DNA of 64,000 bases from Eledone cirrhosa. Its lineage: Eukaryota. The notes beneath the pieces were generated by a model that was not told the DNA's origin, did no database searches, and saw nothing but the letters and a program-made list of their open reading frames with translations. A program made the translations under genes and the position numbers. Each line of letters begins with the position of its first letter. Position 1 is the first letter of the stretch. The DNA lies in assembly GCA_964016885.1 (NCBI GenBank), contig OZ024743.1, positions 56,110,001-56,174,000 of the forward strand. Reading direction: 5' to 3'. Shown here in pieces: positions 23,446-34,989 of this stretch.

Positions 23446-23930
23446 CGTATTTCCCCGCTCTCTCTGTTTCTCTCACCTTCTTTCGCCCCCTCTGTCATTT
23501 ACACTTTCTCTCGACTGACCTCTTCCTCGCACTTCCACTCACTCACTCTCTGTTTCTCCCCTTCTCACTTCCTCCCGTTTGGCTTGTAGTGGGTTCTCTT
23601 CCTGCTCACATCTCACTCACGTCGGATGATCTGTATATCTCTCTCGCTCATGAAATCCACCCAGCTTATGCTGACCGGATAACCATGTTGCTTGTTTTTT
23701 CCTATCTTTGCGTTGCTTTCATCCTTCTATGTTGTTTACTTGTCTCACTTGCTTTACGCGATTTACTTGTCCCAATAGCTTTATTTAGCTATTGCTCGCA
23801 CCAACCAGAGGTATATGATTTTTAATGCAATGAAATACCAATGAAGGTTGGAAAATCACTGACGAAGGACTATTTTTATCATATGTAACCCATGTGCAAC
23901 CAGCAGTATTCTTTCTTCTCATGTTTTATA
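23445..23930 (+). mobile_element. Non-coding element carrying a rearranged hammerhead, copy A
   Basis: Pyrimidine-rich 5' half plus structured 3' half; homologous to 26125-26560(-) and 50763-51358(+); bounded by (TA)n. Confidence 0.8.
23769..23870 (+). ncRNA. Predicted non-circularly permuted hammerhead ribozyme, copy A, core intact
   Basis: GGTAT-A(23815)-TGATTTT ... GAA-ATACC ... AAAATCA-CTGACGA-A-GGAC; helices covary with copies B and C. Confidence 0.72.
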
Positions 23931-24064
23931 TATATATAATGTAGGAGGTTAGTTTCATTGTAGCACAATAAAGCAATGCAAATATCGGATAAGTAGCACT
24001 CTACAGTTTGTAGGACTGGAGTATAAATAATATAAGATCAAAAGATGGTTAAAAGAGTTCCAAG

Positions 24065-24135
24065 TATTTTATTATGCGCATTCCAAAAACAAATATCATC
24101 ATAGGATGATATCTGCGTTCTCATCAGATAAAATA
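24065..24135 (-). ncRNA. Type I hammerhead relic (GAAA mutated to GGAA)
   Basis: TATTTTAT-CTGATGA-[~16-bp stem II]-GGAA-TGCGCA-TA-ATAAAATA: perfect 8-bp stem I and palindromic stem III. Confidence 0.7.
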
Positions 24136-24364
24136 GGGATACATGATATGAAGCTTAAAAAACACTTGTGAATAGTGAAGTTTTAAATCAACGAGGTATA
24201 TATATATATATGTATACCTCGTGACCAAGATTGAACCCAAGGCCAGGATCTCCACTGTATATTATATATATATACATATGTGGTTGTCGGTTGAGCGAAA
24301 GGTGTACTCAATACCGAAGTAGAGTTTTGATATTTATTTATATTATGGCTAAAAAGTGAATCTT

Positions 24365-24427
24365 GTTACTCTGGAGTTTTGCCGGTTTATCACAGTGTCA
24401 TCAGACCTGTGATAAACAGGCGAAACT
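24365..24427 (-). ncRNA. Degenerate hammerhead with a partial inverted duplication
   Basis: Minus: GT-CTGATGA-..GGC-AAAA-CTCCAGAG-TA-AC. The inverted copy at 24407-24427 retains GGC-GAAA-CT. Confidence 0.5.
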
Positions 24428-24430
24428 AAT

Positions 24431-24504
<74 letters not shown>

Positions 24505-24658
24505 ATATTAATAATAAGAGACTAAAACTAGTTACGATCGGTAACGATAGTGCCCGACTCTGGAATCAATAGCTCATCTGACTTGTGGATTCTCTCACCA
24601 GTTATAAACCAATTCTATATATATATATATGTGTGTGTGTGTGTCTGTGTGTGTGTGT

Positions 24659-24756
<98 letters not shown>

Positions 24757-25202
24757 ACTTTGTGTTAATGTACGCAACATTCAAAGAGCTTAAAATTTGT
24801 TAATGCGTTAGCCACAGTTACTTATAACTATAAATATAGTCAGGTAATATAACCAAGGAGAGGGAAAAAGTGGACAGAGACGTCTGTAAGGATTGAACCG
24901 TTCATTTTTGTGTACAGGGCAAGCTCTTTGAGCTATTCCACTAAAGTGCATATTTTAGTATATGTATGTATATATTTATATGTGTGGAAACGAGTGTGCC
25001 TCAGTTGGTGGACTGAAAATGTTTTTGAAAGTACACCAAAACAACACTGTAATACCTACTGCGAGATACCACCATCGTTGTAACGTCTGTGCAAGAGTGT
25101 GTAAGTCCCTAGCACGACATATCTGTGCTGCTCATGCTTAAGTATCAAGTGAGAATATTACTCGAGTTGCAGCCATCATTTATATTGCATATATATATAT
25201 AT

Positions 25203-25270
<68 letters not shown>

Positions 25271-25274
<4 letters not shown>

Positions 25275-25684
25275 CGTATTTCTAAAGAAACATGGGTTTA
25301 GGAACCCGTAGCTATGCAAACACCGGGGCTAACGCCCTCTGGTGGTGTCCCGCAAAAGCAAGGGGGACAACCGTCTATACATTTCAGGCTTGACTGGCTT
25401 TCGTCAGGGCGATCCCTCCCACCGCTGGCTACTGCTGGACTTGAAAACAGTCGAGAATATATAGTTTTCTCTAAATGAGGTAATTAATCTCATTTGCATA
25501 TGAAGCTGCATAAGTTAGCTCAACTTATAATAGAATAGAAATAAGATTTCGCTTCAAGCATAGCTTTATACAAATAGAGGTCGTTAGCCCCGGTGTTTGC
25601 ATAGCTACGGCTTCCTAAAACCGTGTTTCTTTAGAAATACGAAATTTCTATACATATTTGTATAAAGCTATGCTTGAAGTGAAA

Positions 25685-25690
<6 letters not shown>
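25271..25690. mobile_element. Fold-back element with two inverted-repeat pairs and an internal hammerhead
   Basis: 25271-25340 mirrors 25576-25646, and 25543-25576 mirrors 25655-25688; flanked by (GA)n and (TA)n. Confidence 0.75.
25370..25413 (-). ncRNA. Minimal type I hammerhead
   Basis: ATCGCC-CTGACGA-AAGC cagtcaa GCCT-GAAA-TGTA-TA-GACGGT; one mismatch each in stems I and II. Confidence 0.62.
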
Positions 25691-25739
<49 letters not shown>

Positions 25740-26124
25740 AATAACAAACAGCGGAGGACGCGTTTCGCACCTTTCCGACAGACAACCTTTCCCCCACCCG
25801 GAAAAAACCCCCAGTTGATGGATGTGAATCGTAATTTATAGGGACAATTAAATCTCTCCCAAGGTAACTCTCTGTCGTGTTGTTATTTTTATTTTATCCT
25901 TTATACTCTTTCCTTCATTCTTCTACACGTCTTATACACACCACGCATCTCAACGTACACCCACTTACATCTCTCTCTCCACCACCGGATCTTGTTATCC
26001 GGAGATTTACCCATTTGCATTGTCGAGGCTTCCAAACGACTTAAAGATATTTACCTATTATTCCACAATGCTTCAAGCAAACTACAATACTCTCTTATAT
26101 ATATATATATACGTATATATATAA

Positions 26125-26559
26125 TAAATGAAGGATTAGAAATAGAAGCCAGGACTATCCGTCATCAGTAGTCTACTAGCCATCATAGGTATTTCTTCGC
26201 ATTACAGACCATATACCTCCGGCTAGGGCAATGCAATAACTAAATTAAGTTATTGGGATAAAAAGAGTTGGGTTCGAGAGAGAAAGAGAGACAGGTAAAC
26301 AAACACGAATGGTGAGGCAACGTAAAGAGAGGAAAAAATGAGAAAATCAAGTCAATAATTCATTTCGAACATAAGAACGTGCGAATATTGACGAGAAGGC
26401 AAAAGACACATCTTGGCCGTGCGAATTAGAGCGAGGAAAGAATTTCGTACGGTGTCGGACGATGGAGGAAGTGAGAGAGAGAATGAATAGCAGAGAGTGA
26501 GTGAGTGAAAGTGTGAGGAAGAGGCTAACCGAGAGAGGGTGACTAGCAGAGGGGGGTGA

Positions 26560-26560
<1 letters not shown>
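26125..26560 (-). mobile_element. Non-coding element carrying a rearranged hammerhead, copy B (divergent)
   Basis: Reverse complement aligns by eye to copies A and C. Confidence 0.78.
26156..26260 (-). ncRNA. Predicted non-circularly permuted hammerhead ribozyme, copy B, core intact
   Basis: TATCC-CAATAACT taattt AGTTATTG-ca-TTGC-c-CTAGCC-GGA-GGTAT-A-TGGTCTG-taat-GCGA-A-GAA-ATACC-TATGAT-GGCTAG-TAGACTA-CTGATGA-C-GGATA. Confidence 0.72.
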
Positions 26561-26635
<75 letters not shown>

Positions 26636-26764
26636 ATAATAATAAATGTGAAGACTAAAATTCGAAGAGCGCTTGATAAGGATAATATATATGAGTTTCA
26701 GAAGATCCCGTTAAGGGTGAAAGCAACGATTCTTTGCTTAAACTTTGATCTATTATTTTAATTA

Positions 26765-26870
<106 letters not shown>

Positions 26871-26910
26871 TTATACGTATGTATGTACAGACGCACAGAT
26901 ATACACATAT

Positions 26911-27137
26911 ATATTATTAGGCATATATATATATTATTAGGCATATCTATATATTATTAGGCATATCTATGTATTATTAGGCATATCTATATATTATTAG
27001 GCATATCTATATATTATTAGGCATATCTATATATTATTAGGCATATCTATATATTATTAGGCATATCTATGTATTATTAGGCATATCTATATATTATTAG
27101 GCATATCTATATATTATTACGCATATCTATGTATTAT
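26911..27137. repeat. 20-bp minisatellite (ATATTATTAGGCATATCTAT) x ~11
   Basis: Direct reading; no spacers. Confidence 0.95.
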
Positions 27138-27264
27138 ACATAGATCTAAAATGATAATATCATTAAAAAACCACGTGGCAGAAATTTAGGAAACAGAAAA
27201 CTCGGAAGAGTTCTCTCATGGACAATTCGCGCATATCGGCTGTCTTTCTGGGGGATCATTATAG

Positions 27265-27314
<50 letters not shown>

Positions 27315-27437
27315 ATAATATTTTATATAAAATCTCTGAGAGGTAGATCACAATAAAGTAATATAAAAAGAACACTTCACAAAAATCTTTCCCTAGGGAT
27401 ATATTCTTAGTTAAGCAGCCTAAACCTAGAAGGCGTC

Positions 27438-27489
<52 letters not shown>

Positions 27490-27546
27490 CATATATATAT
27501 ACATACACATATACATATGTGTGTGTATGTGTGTTTGAGTGTTTGT

Positions 27547-27586
<40 letters not shown>

Positions 27587-27589
27587 GTA

Positions 27590-27653
<64 letters not shown>

Positions 27654-28587
27654 CGCATACATGTAACATATACGTATAAGAGTATGTGTATACGTATGTA
27701 GATTATATATTTTAGATGCGATCACAGCAAGAAACAATACATATAAATCAGAAAATATTGAGTTATCTTTGTGAAATTAGTTTAGAATAAATTAACCTTT
27801 AGTCGCAGCCGATTTATCACAACCCTCCATCTATGTTAGAACAGCGCCATACATACCCTGCTGGCTTCCACTTCCATATCCCAGAGTGAAATATCTACCC
27901 TTATCACGACGTTGTATCTAACTTTCACCCTGACATGTTAGCAGTCCATCTATATTTGATGATAAAAAAAAATTAAGAATAAATAAATGAATATAAAAAT
28001 AAAAAGAGGAAAGAAAAAAATGAAAGAGCGTAATGGTGAAGAAAAGTAAAAAGAAAATGTTATCTTTTTTTTCTTTTCAATATTTGTGAAGAAGCAATAT
28101 ATCTTGTAAAGTGTAGTTTCCTGACAACAATGGCGGCCTGTTCTTCTGAATGACGTTTAACAAAGTTCAAAGGGAACCTCAGACAGGCTGGAAGTTGCCT
28201 ACCACATCTAACACCTCTTGTCTAAGATAAGATTTTTAATATTTTCACTAAAGACACACTATAGCTAACTTTACTTCTTTTTCACCCTCGTTGTCGTCGT
28301 CGTTGTTTTTGTTGTTATGATTATTGTGCTTGTTTTTGTTGTTGTTGTGATTGTTGTTGTTTTTGTTGTGGTAGTAGTTTTTGTTGTTGTGATTGTTGAG
28401 GTTGTTTTCGCTACTACAGTATTGTTATGTCCTTTGGTGTTCTTTTATTGTGGTTATTATGTTTATTGTTGTTCTTGTTATTTTTAATGTCATTGTTGTA
28501 AACAACTTTTACAGAATACAAATCAGATACTAAAGTGATGCATTTTCAACTATTTCAGAATAGTATAAGAAAACGAATGTGCTTCAT

Positions 28588-28980
28588 GACAAAAGTCCCA
28601 CTAGACAAAAATCCCAGGACAAAATCATCATGAGAGAAAAAACACATCAGAGAAAAATCCCAGGACAAAATCATCATGAGAGAAAAATCCCACCGGACAA
28701 AAATCCCAGGACAAAATCATTATGGGACAAAAAACACCATTGGACAAAAATCCCAGGACAAAATCCCTGGTCAAAATAATCACAAGACAAAAACCTCACC
28801 AAATAAAATCCCAGATGAAAATCATCACGAGGCAAAACCCCACTAGACAAAAATTCCAGGACAAAAACCCTACCAGACAAAAATCTCAGGACAAACATTC
28901 CACCAGACAAAAATCCCAGGACAAAATCATCATGAGACAAAAACTCCATCGGACAAAGACCCCACTGGACAAAAGACCAA
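28588..28980. repeat. Degenerate tandem array of GACAAAA(A)TCC-type 13-16-bp motifs
   Basis: AAAATCCCAGGACAAAATCATCATGAGA recurs; resembles subterminal arrays of foldback/Mutator-like DNA transposons. Confidence 0.8.
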
Positions 28981-29051
28981 TATAGTAAAACTTAAAACAG
29001 AATTCTCTTAAAATTCTCCTATCAAATCAGTTGCAAAAATGAATTGCACTT

Positions 29052-29136
29052 GTAATTCAAAGAGGCAAATCTCCTTGGGTTAGAGTTAGGGTTAGGGTTA
29101 AAGTTAGAGTAATTCAAAGAGGCAAATCTCCCTGGG
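29052..29136 (+). repeat. Five TTAGGG-like hexamers between 28-bp direct repeats
   Basis: GTAATTCAAAGAGGCAAATCTCC[T/C]TGGG at 29052 and 29109 flanks TTAGAG TTAGGG TTAGGG TTAAAG TTAGA. Confidence 0.8.
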
Positions 29137-29139
29137 AAT

Positions 29140-30160
29140 GACATTATACGGAACATTTATCTGTGGAATGATCAGCGACTTGCATATTAATTTCACAAAC
29201 AGGCTTTATATTTAGGGGGTCTGTCGGATGGACTGTGCCTGTTATGCAAATGATCAGCATTGTCAAACACTGCATCACGTTGAATCTCCCTGAGAGTCAT
29301 GTTAAGGGTCCTCGTTTATGTGGAATACTCAGTTACTTATACTACAATACGCAATGGACTGTACCTATAATACTAATCACGTCACACACTGCATCACACT
29401 AAATCTTCCTGAAAAATACGTTAAGATACTCGTATCTGTGGAATATTCAGTTACTTATACTATAATTAATATATAATAAAGGATATGCCCCGTCACACAC
29501 TGTTTTGTTGAATATTCCTGAGTATGACGCCAAAATGTATACTTGTCCGTGAAATACGAAAGAAAGTTGTTCCGGAACACTCGTCGACGAAACCGACGGA
29601 GGACCCATAACGACACCAACACAGTCACCACACCCTGCAATGCTTCTTTCTGACAGCAATCCAGTTTGTTTGTTTTGTTGTTGTTTTGTTTGGGGGGGGG
29701 GGGGGACCTCCGTCAGTTTCGACGTCAGGTGGTCTAGTTGTACAATCAACGGATCAGCCTGCGCACGAAATTAACGTGAAATTCACTGAGCATTCCACAG
29801 ACACTAGTGCCATTAACGTAGTTCTCGGAGAGATTCAGCGTAACTTGGCTGGCTCTTTGTATTACAGATACAAACACATTTTCTTTTGCCAGCTCAGTAG
29901 ACTGAAACAACGTGAAATAATTGTTTCTACTTTGGCACAAAGCCAGCAAATTACCCAGTACATTACTGGTACTTTATTTTAATTTTATCGACGTAAGGAT
30001 GAAAGGCAAAGTTAACCTCGACGGGATTTGACCGTAAAGGGACGTAACTATGCTAACGTGAAAAGTATCTTGTTCAAGGACAAAACGAGCCGCCGGGAAT
30101 TGAACTCAGTAACTTACGAAGCCGAGCCAAGCACCCTAACCATTCAGCCACGAGGCTTAA
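29140..30160. mobile_element. Cluster of SINE fragments, including degenerate tandem copies of a SINE segment (29140-29560)
   Basis: GTGGAATACTCAGTTACTTATAC-like motif repeated, with its reverse complement at 29770-29845; B-box complement at 30097-30107. Confidence 0.55.
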
Positions 30161-30447
30161 CGCTTTCTAGCGTAATTAATCATGTAAAAAAAAAAAACCG
30201 AATTTCTCTGTCACTATAACCGACCCTAATGTCTACTACTGGTCCTACTATTACTGAAGTTGGCAACTTATCACTCCGATATGAATATTCCATGAATAGT
30301 AATGCCACCCCGGAGCTGTTTACTTTCCAAATAACTGAAACATCCTTCAAGGGGGGAAATACACTGACTCCAATAGAAACAAAATTGTTAGCTTTAGCAT
30401 TAATAAACTATCTATACTACATTTTACATCTGCGATTATCTTCCTCT

Positions 30448-30497
<50 letters not shown>

Positions 30498-30556
30498 ATA
30501 TATATATATACGTGTGTGTGTGAGTTTGTGTGTGTGTGTGTATGTATGTATGTTTG

Positions 30557-30650
<94 letters not shown>

Positions 30651-31167
30651 ATATTTGGGGAGGGTCATATTTGCGTAATATTGCCAGAATTAATAACAGA
30701 ACACACTCACTGTTTGGTTGGTTTTCGCTTCTCGCTGTCTTTTATATATATATATCTGCGATCTAACTTACTCGGTCCTCAATGTTGCCATTGACTGACC
30801 GGCGGTCAAAAATAATACAGATACAATATAGACAAACACATATATATATAGTTTACATAAATCTTTCGTTGCACATCTGCAACATCGTCAGTGGTGTTAT
30901 ATTCATTGTTCCTCCTGTTGTGTTGTATGTCTACGCCATTTTTTTTTTTTGTTCAGTCTGTCTATATATTTATTTATTTATTTGCTTGTTTGTTTATCTT
31001 ATTTTATTTTGTCTTCTTTGCGCATGCGTTTGCGTGTGTGTATAGTGTTATGTGTGATGTGTGACTAGTGTGTATAGTGTTGTGTCTGCTGGGTGACTAG
31101 TGTGTGTTTATGTGCTTGTGTATGTATTTATTTATCTTATTTTATTTAATTTAATTTACTTATTTAT

Positions 31168-32151
31168 TTATCCTTCTCTTAGGTCAGTGTTGTTTGTTTG
31201 GGTGTTGTTGTTGTTCCACTCATTCTTTCTGTTTAGCTTTGGTCTTCTAATTTCTATTTCACTGGCCTCTCTGATTTGCCTATCTGCTGGGTCATTCCTA
31301 TGTTTAGATATTATTCTAATTTCTATGTTGTCTATGTTACCGTCATGATGTTGTCTAGCATGTTCGTATAGTACTGACCCGTTTTTTCGTCCTTTTAGTT
31401 CCCCCCAGTGTTGGTCTATCCTTTCACCTATGCTACGAGCTGTCTCACCTATGTATGTTGTTGTCGTGTTTCTGCAAGTACCCTCTGTACATCTTATGCT
31501 ATAGACTACGTTTCTAGTTTTACAGTTTATCCGGGGGTTCACCTTACATATGATACATTTCCTATTGGTACAGTGGGTTTTCTTAAAAGGGTAGGTTTTG
31601 CTGATCAGGGATTTTATGGTGGTTCCTGGCTTTTCTACCACCTTTATTTTTAAGTGGGTCTTTCTCAGGGCCTTTCTACACTGGTTAGCTAATTTCCCTC
31701 CAGGGGTGGCGTCCACAAACATGACACTCTGATATCTCTGGTTGTCGTACCATGATGTGGCCTTCCCTATCTTATGTCTAGCCCTATCTAAGCTATTCCA
31801 TGATTTGCTCCTGTATAGTGGGCAAATTCCTTTCATGTCCAGTTCTATGAGGGTCTTATACTTTTCCATGGCTCCTTCGTATACTCTGACTCTGTCTCTT
31901 TGGTTGTAGCCAGAGAACTGCATGCGGTTGATGAAGTGTTGGATGTGTCCTTCCATTTCTGTTGGGTCGCACATGCTGGACACATTCTTCATCACTCGTA
32001 CCAAATCTGCGATCAGAATATTAAACTTAGCACTACTGGACATTGCTGAGTTTTTGAGTATCAGGTATTTGGAGGCCATGGGTTTAGCATAGTGTGAGTG
32101 GAGAATTTGGGCTCTCTCGTCTATAGTGTTAATCCAGAGTTCTGTGTCAAA
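31168..32151 (-). pseudogene. PLE ORF 3' part: end of RT/thumb, Cys-rich linker, GIY-YIG endonuclease
   Basis: DTELW..HYAKPM, MQFSGY, PLYR..W, CTNRKCIIC, VVY..C....C..YIGETAR...R..QH, R.IREA, LNRKNEW; stop-free but lacks the RT catalytic core. Confidence 0.9.
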
Positions 32152-33051
32152 TACCTGATACTCAAAAACTCAGCAATGTCCAGTAGTGCTAAGTTTAATA
32201 TTCTGATCGCAGATTTGGTACGAGTGATGAAGAATGTGTCCAGCATGTGCGACCCAACAGAAATGGAAGGACACATCCAACACTTCATCAACCGCATGCA
32301 GTTCTCTGGCTACAACCAAAGAGACAGAGTCAGAGTATACGAAGGAGCCATGGAAAAGTATAAGACCCTCATAGAACTGGACATGAAAGGAATTTGCCCA
32401 CTATACAGGAGCAAATCATGGAATAGCTTAGATAGGGCTAGACATAAGATAGGGAAGGCCACATCATGGTACGACAACCAGAGATATCAGAGTGTCATGT
32501 TTGTGGACGCCACCCCTGGAGGGAAATTAGCTAACCAGTGTAGAAAGGCCCTGAGAAAGACCCACTTAAAAATAAAGGTGGTAGAAAAGCCAGGAACCAC
32601 CATAAAATCCCTGATCAGCAAAACCTACCCTTTTAAGAAAACCCACTGTACCAATAGGAAATGTATCATATGTAAGGTGAACCCCCGGATAAACTGTAAA
32701 ACTAGAAACGTAGTCTATAGCATAAGATGTACAGAGGGTACTTGCAGAAACACGACAACAACATACATAGGTGAGACAGCTCGTAGCATAGGTGAAAGGA
32801 TAGACCAACACTGGGGGGAACTAAAAGGACGAAAAAACGGGTCAGTACTATACGAACATGCTAGACAACATCATGACGGTAACATAGACAACATAGAAAT
32901 TAGAATAATATCTAAACATAGGAATGACCCAGCAGATAGGCAAATCAGAGAGGCCAGTGAAATAGAAATTAGAAGACCAAAGCTAAACAGAAAGAATGAG
33001 TGGAACAACAACAACACCCAAACAAACAACACTGACCTAAGAGAAGTATAA
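32148..33051 (+). pseudogene. Inverted second copy of the PLE ORF 3' part
   Basis: Translation identical from KYLILK onward except the last residue. Confidence 0.9.
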
Positions 33052-33330
33052 ATAAATAAGTAAATTAAATTAAATAAAATAAGATAAATAAATACATACA
33101 CAAGCACATAAACACACACTAGTCACCCAGCAGACACAACACTATACACACTAGTCACACATCACACATAACACTATACACACACGCAAACGCATGCGCA
33201 AAGAAGACAAAATAAAATAAGATAAACAAACAAGCAAATAAATAAATAAATATATAGACAGACTGAACAAAAAAAAAAAAAAATGGCGTAGACATACAAC
33301 ACAACAGGAGGAACAATGAATATAACACCA

Positions 33331-33358
33331 CTGACGATGTTGCAGATGTGCAACGAAA
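33331..33358 (+). ncRNA. Hammerhead-like core in the PLE 3' UTR (mirror copy at 30864-30891, minus)
   Basis: CTGACGA-T-GTTGCA gatg TGCAAC-GAAA; stems I and III could not be convincingly assigned. Confidence 0.5.
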
Positions 33359-33633
33359 GATTTATGTAAACTATATATATATGTGTTTGTCTATATTGTA
33401 TCTGTATTATTTTTGACCGCCGGTCAGTCAATGGCAACATTGAGGACCGAGTAAGTTAGATCGCAGATATATATATATAAAAGACAGCGAGAAGCGAAAA
33501 CCAACCAAACAGTGAGTGTGTTCTGTTATTAATTCTGGCAATATTACGCAAATATGACCCTCCCCAAATATAACAATATCTGTTTCGACACACGATTTCA
33601 TATAAAAAACCTCGCAAAACTAATTCATCGCCG

Positions 33634-34019
<386 letters not shown>

Positions 34020-34103
34020 TGTATATATATATGCGTGTGTGTATATATATATATATACATATATGTATATATATATGCGTGTGTGTATATATATATATAT
34101 ACA

Positions 34104-34212
<109 letters not shown>

Positions 34213-34221
34213 ATATATATA

Positions 34222-34340
<119 letters not shown>

Positions 34341-34665
34341 GGAATATCGTGATAATTAATCACATAATACTTTTCGGGGTGCGAGTGTTGATCAATTAAT
34401 CATCAAATACATGTGTAAGCAGGATTGAGCAATCGACTAGTATAGCTTCACCTTCATGATATTATCATGTAAGTGAAGAAACAAACAACACCTAATCCCG
34501 CCACCAGGTATATCACATAAGAACATCATTAATGTTTATTCAAGTGAAAAGCTCTCCGAGATTGTATCTGAAGATTACATAACAGATTCCATCGAAATAG
34601 GTATAAGAGTGATTACATAATAAATGAAATGTGGTGAAATTCTAACATGCCTCCTTCTAAACCAT

Positions 34666-34739
<74 letters not shown>

Positions 34740-34755
34740 ATATATATATATATAT

Positions 34756-34950
<195 letters not shown>

Positions 34951-34989
34951 GATACCTGGATGGGGGTTTATATATCAACTCATGGTATG

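Larger units (their letters stand above)
30643..33579. mobile_element. 5'-truncated Penelope-like element (probably Naiad-type) present as a 2.9-kb inverted duplication
   Basis: Arms 30643-32071 and 32148-33579 are nearly identical; both end GACCCTCCCCAAATATAACAATAT; left flank is (TA)n. Confidence 0.92.

Noticed and set aside
26695-26745. CAGAAGA-stem-GAAA motif (also at 62355-62395, minus) as a hammerhead variant
   Set aside because: The core deviates in both copies and no stem III, UH site or stem I could be assigned.
26911-27137. CRISPR-like appearance of short repeats (also 28588-28980)
   Set aside because: No unique spacers, no cas genes, eukaryotic context.
32098-32147. N-terminus MENLGSL... 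of the 317-aa ORF
   Set aside because: It is the antisense of the spacer belonging to the minus-strand copy, so the start is chimeric.
33052-33579. SECIS element or selenoprotein coding, as reported for some Naiad PLEs
   Set aside because: No in-frame TGA in the retained ORF and no convincing AUGA/AA/GA stem seen.
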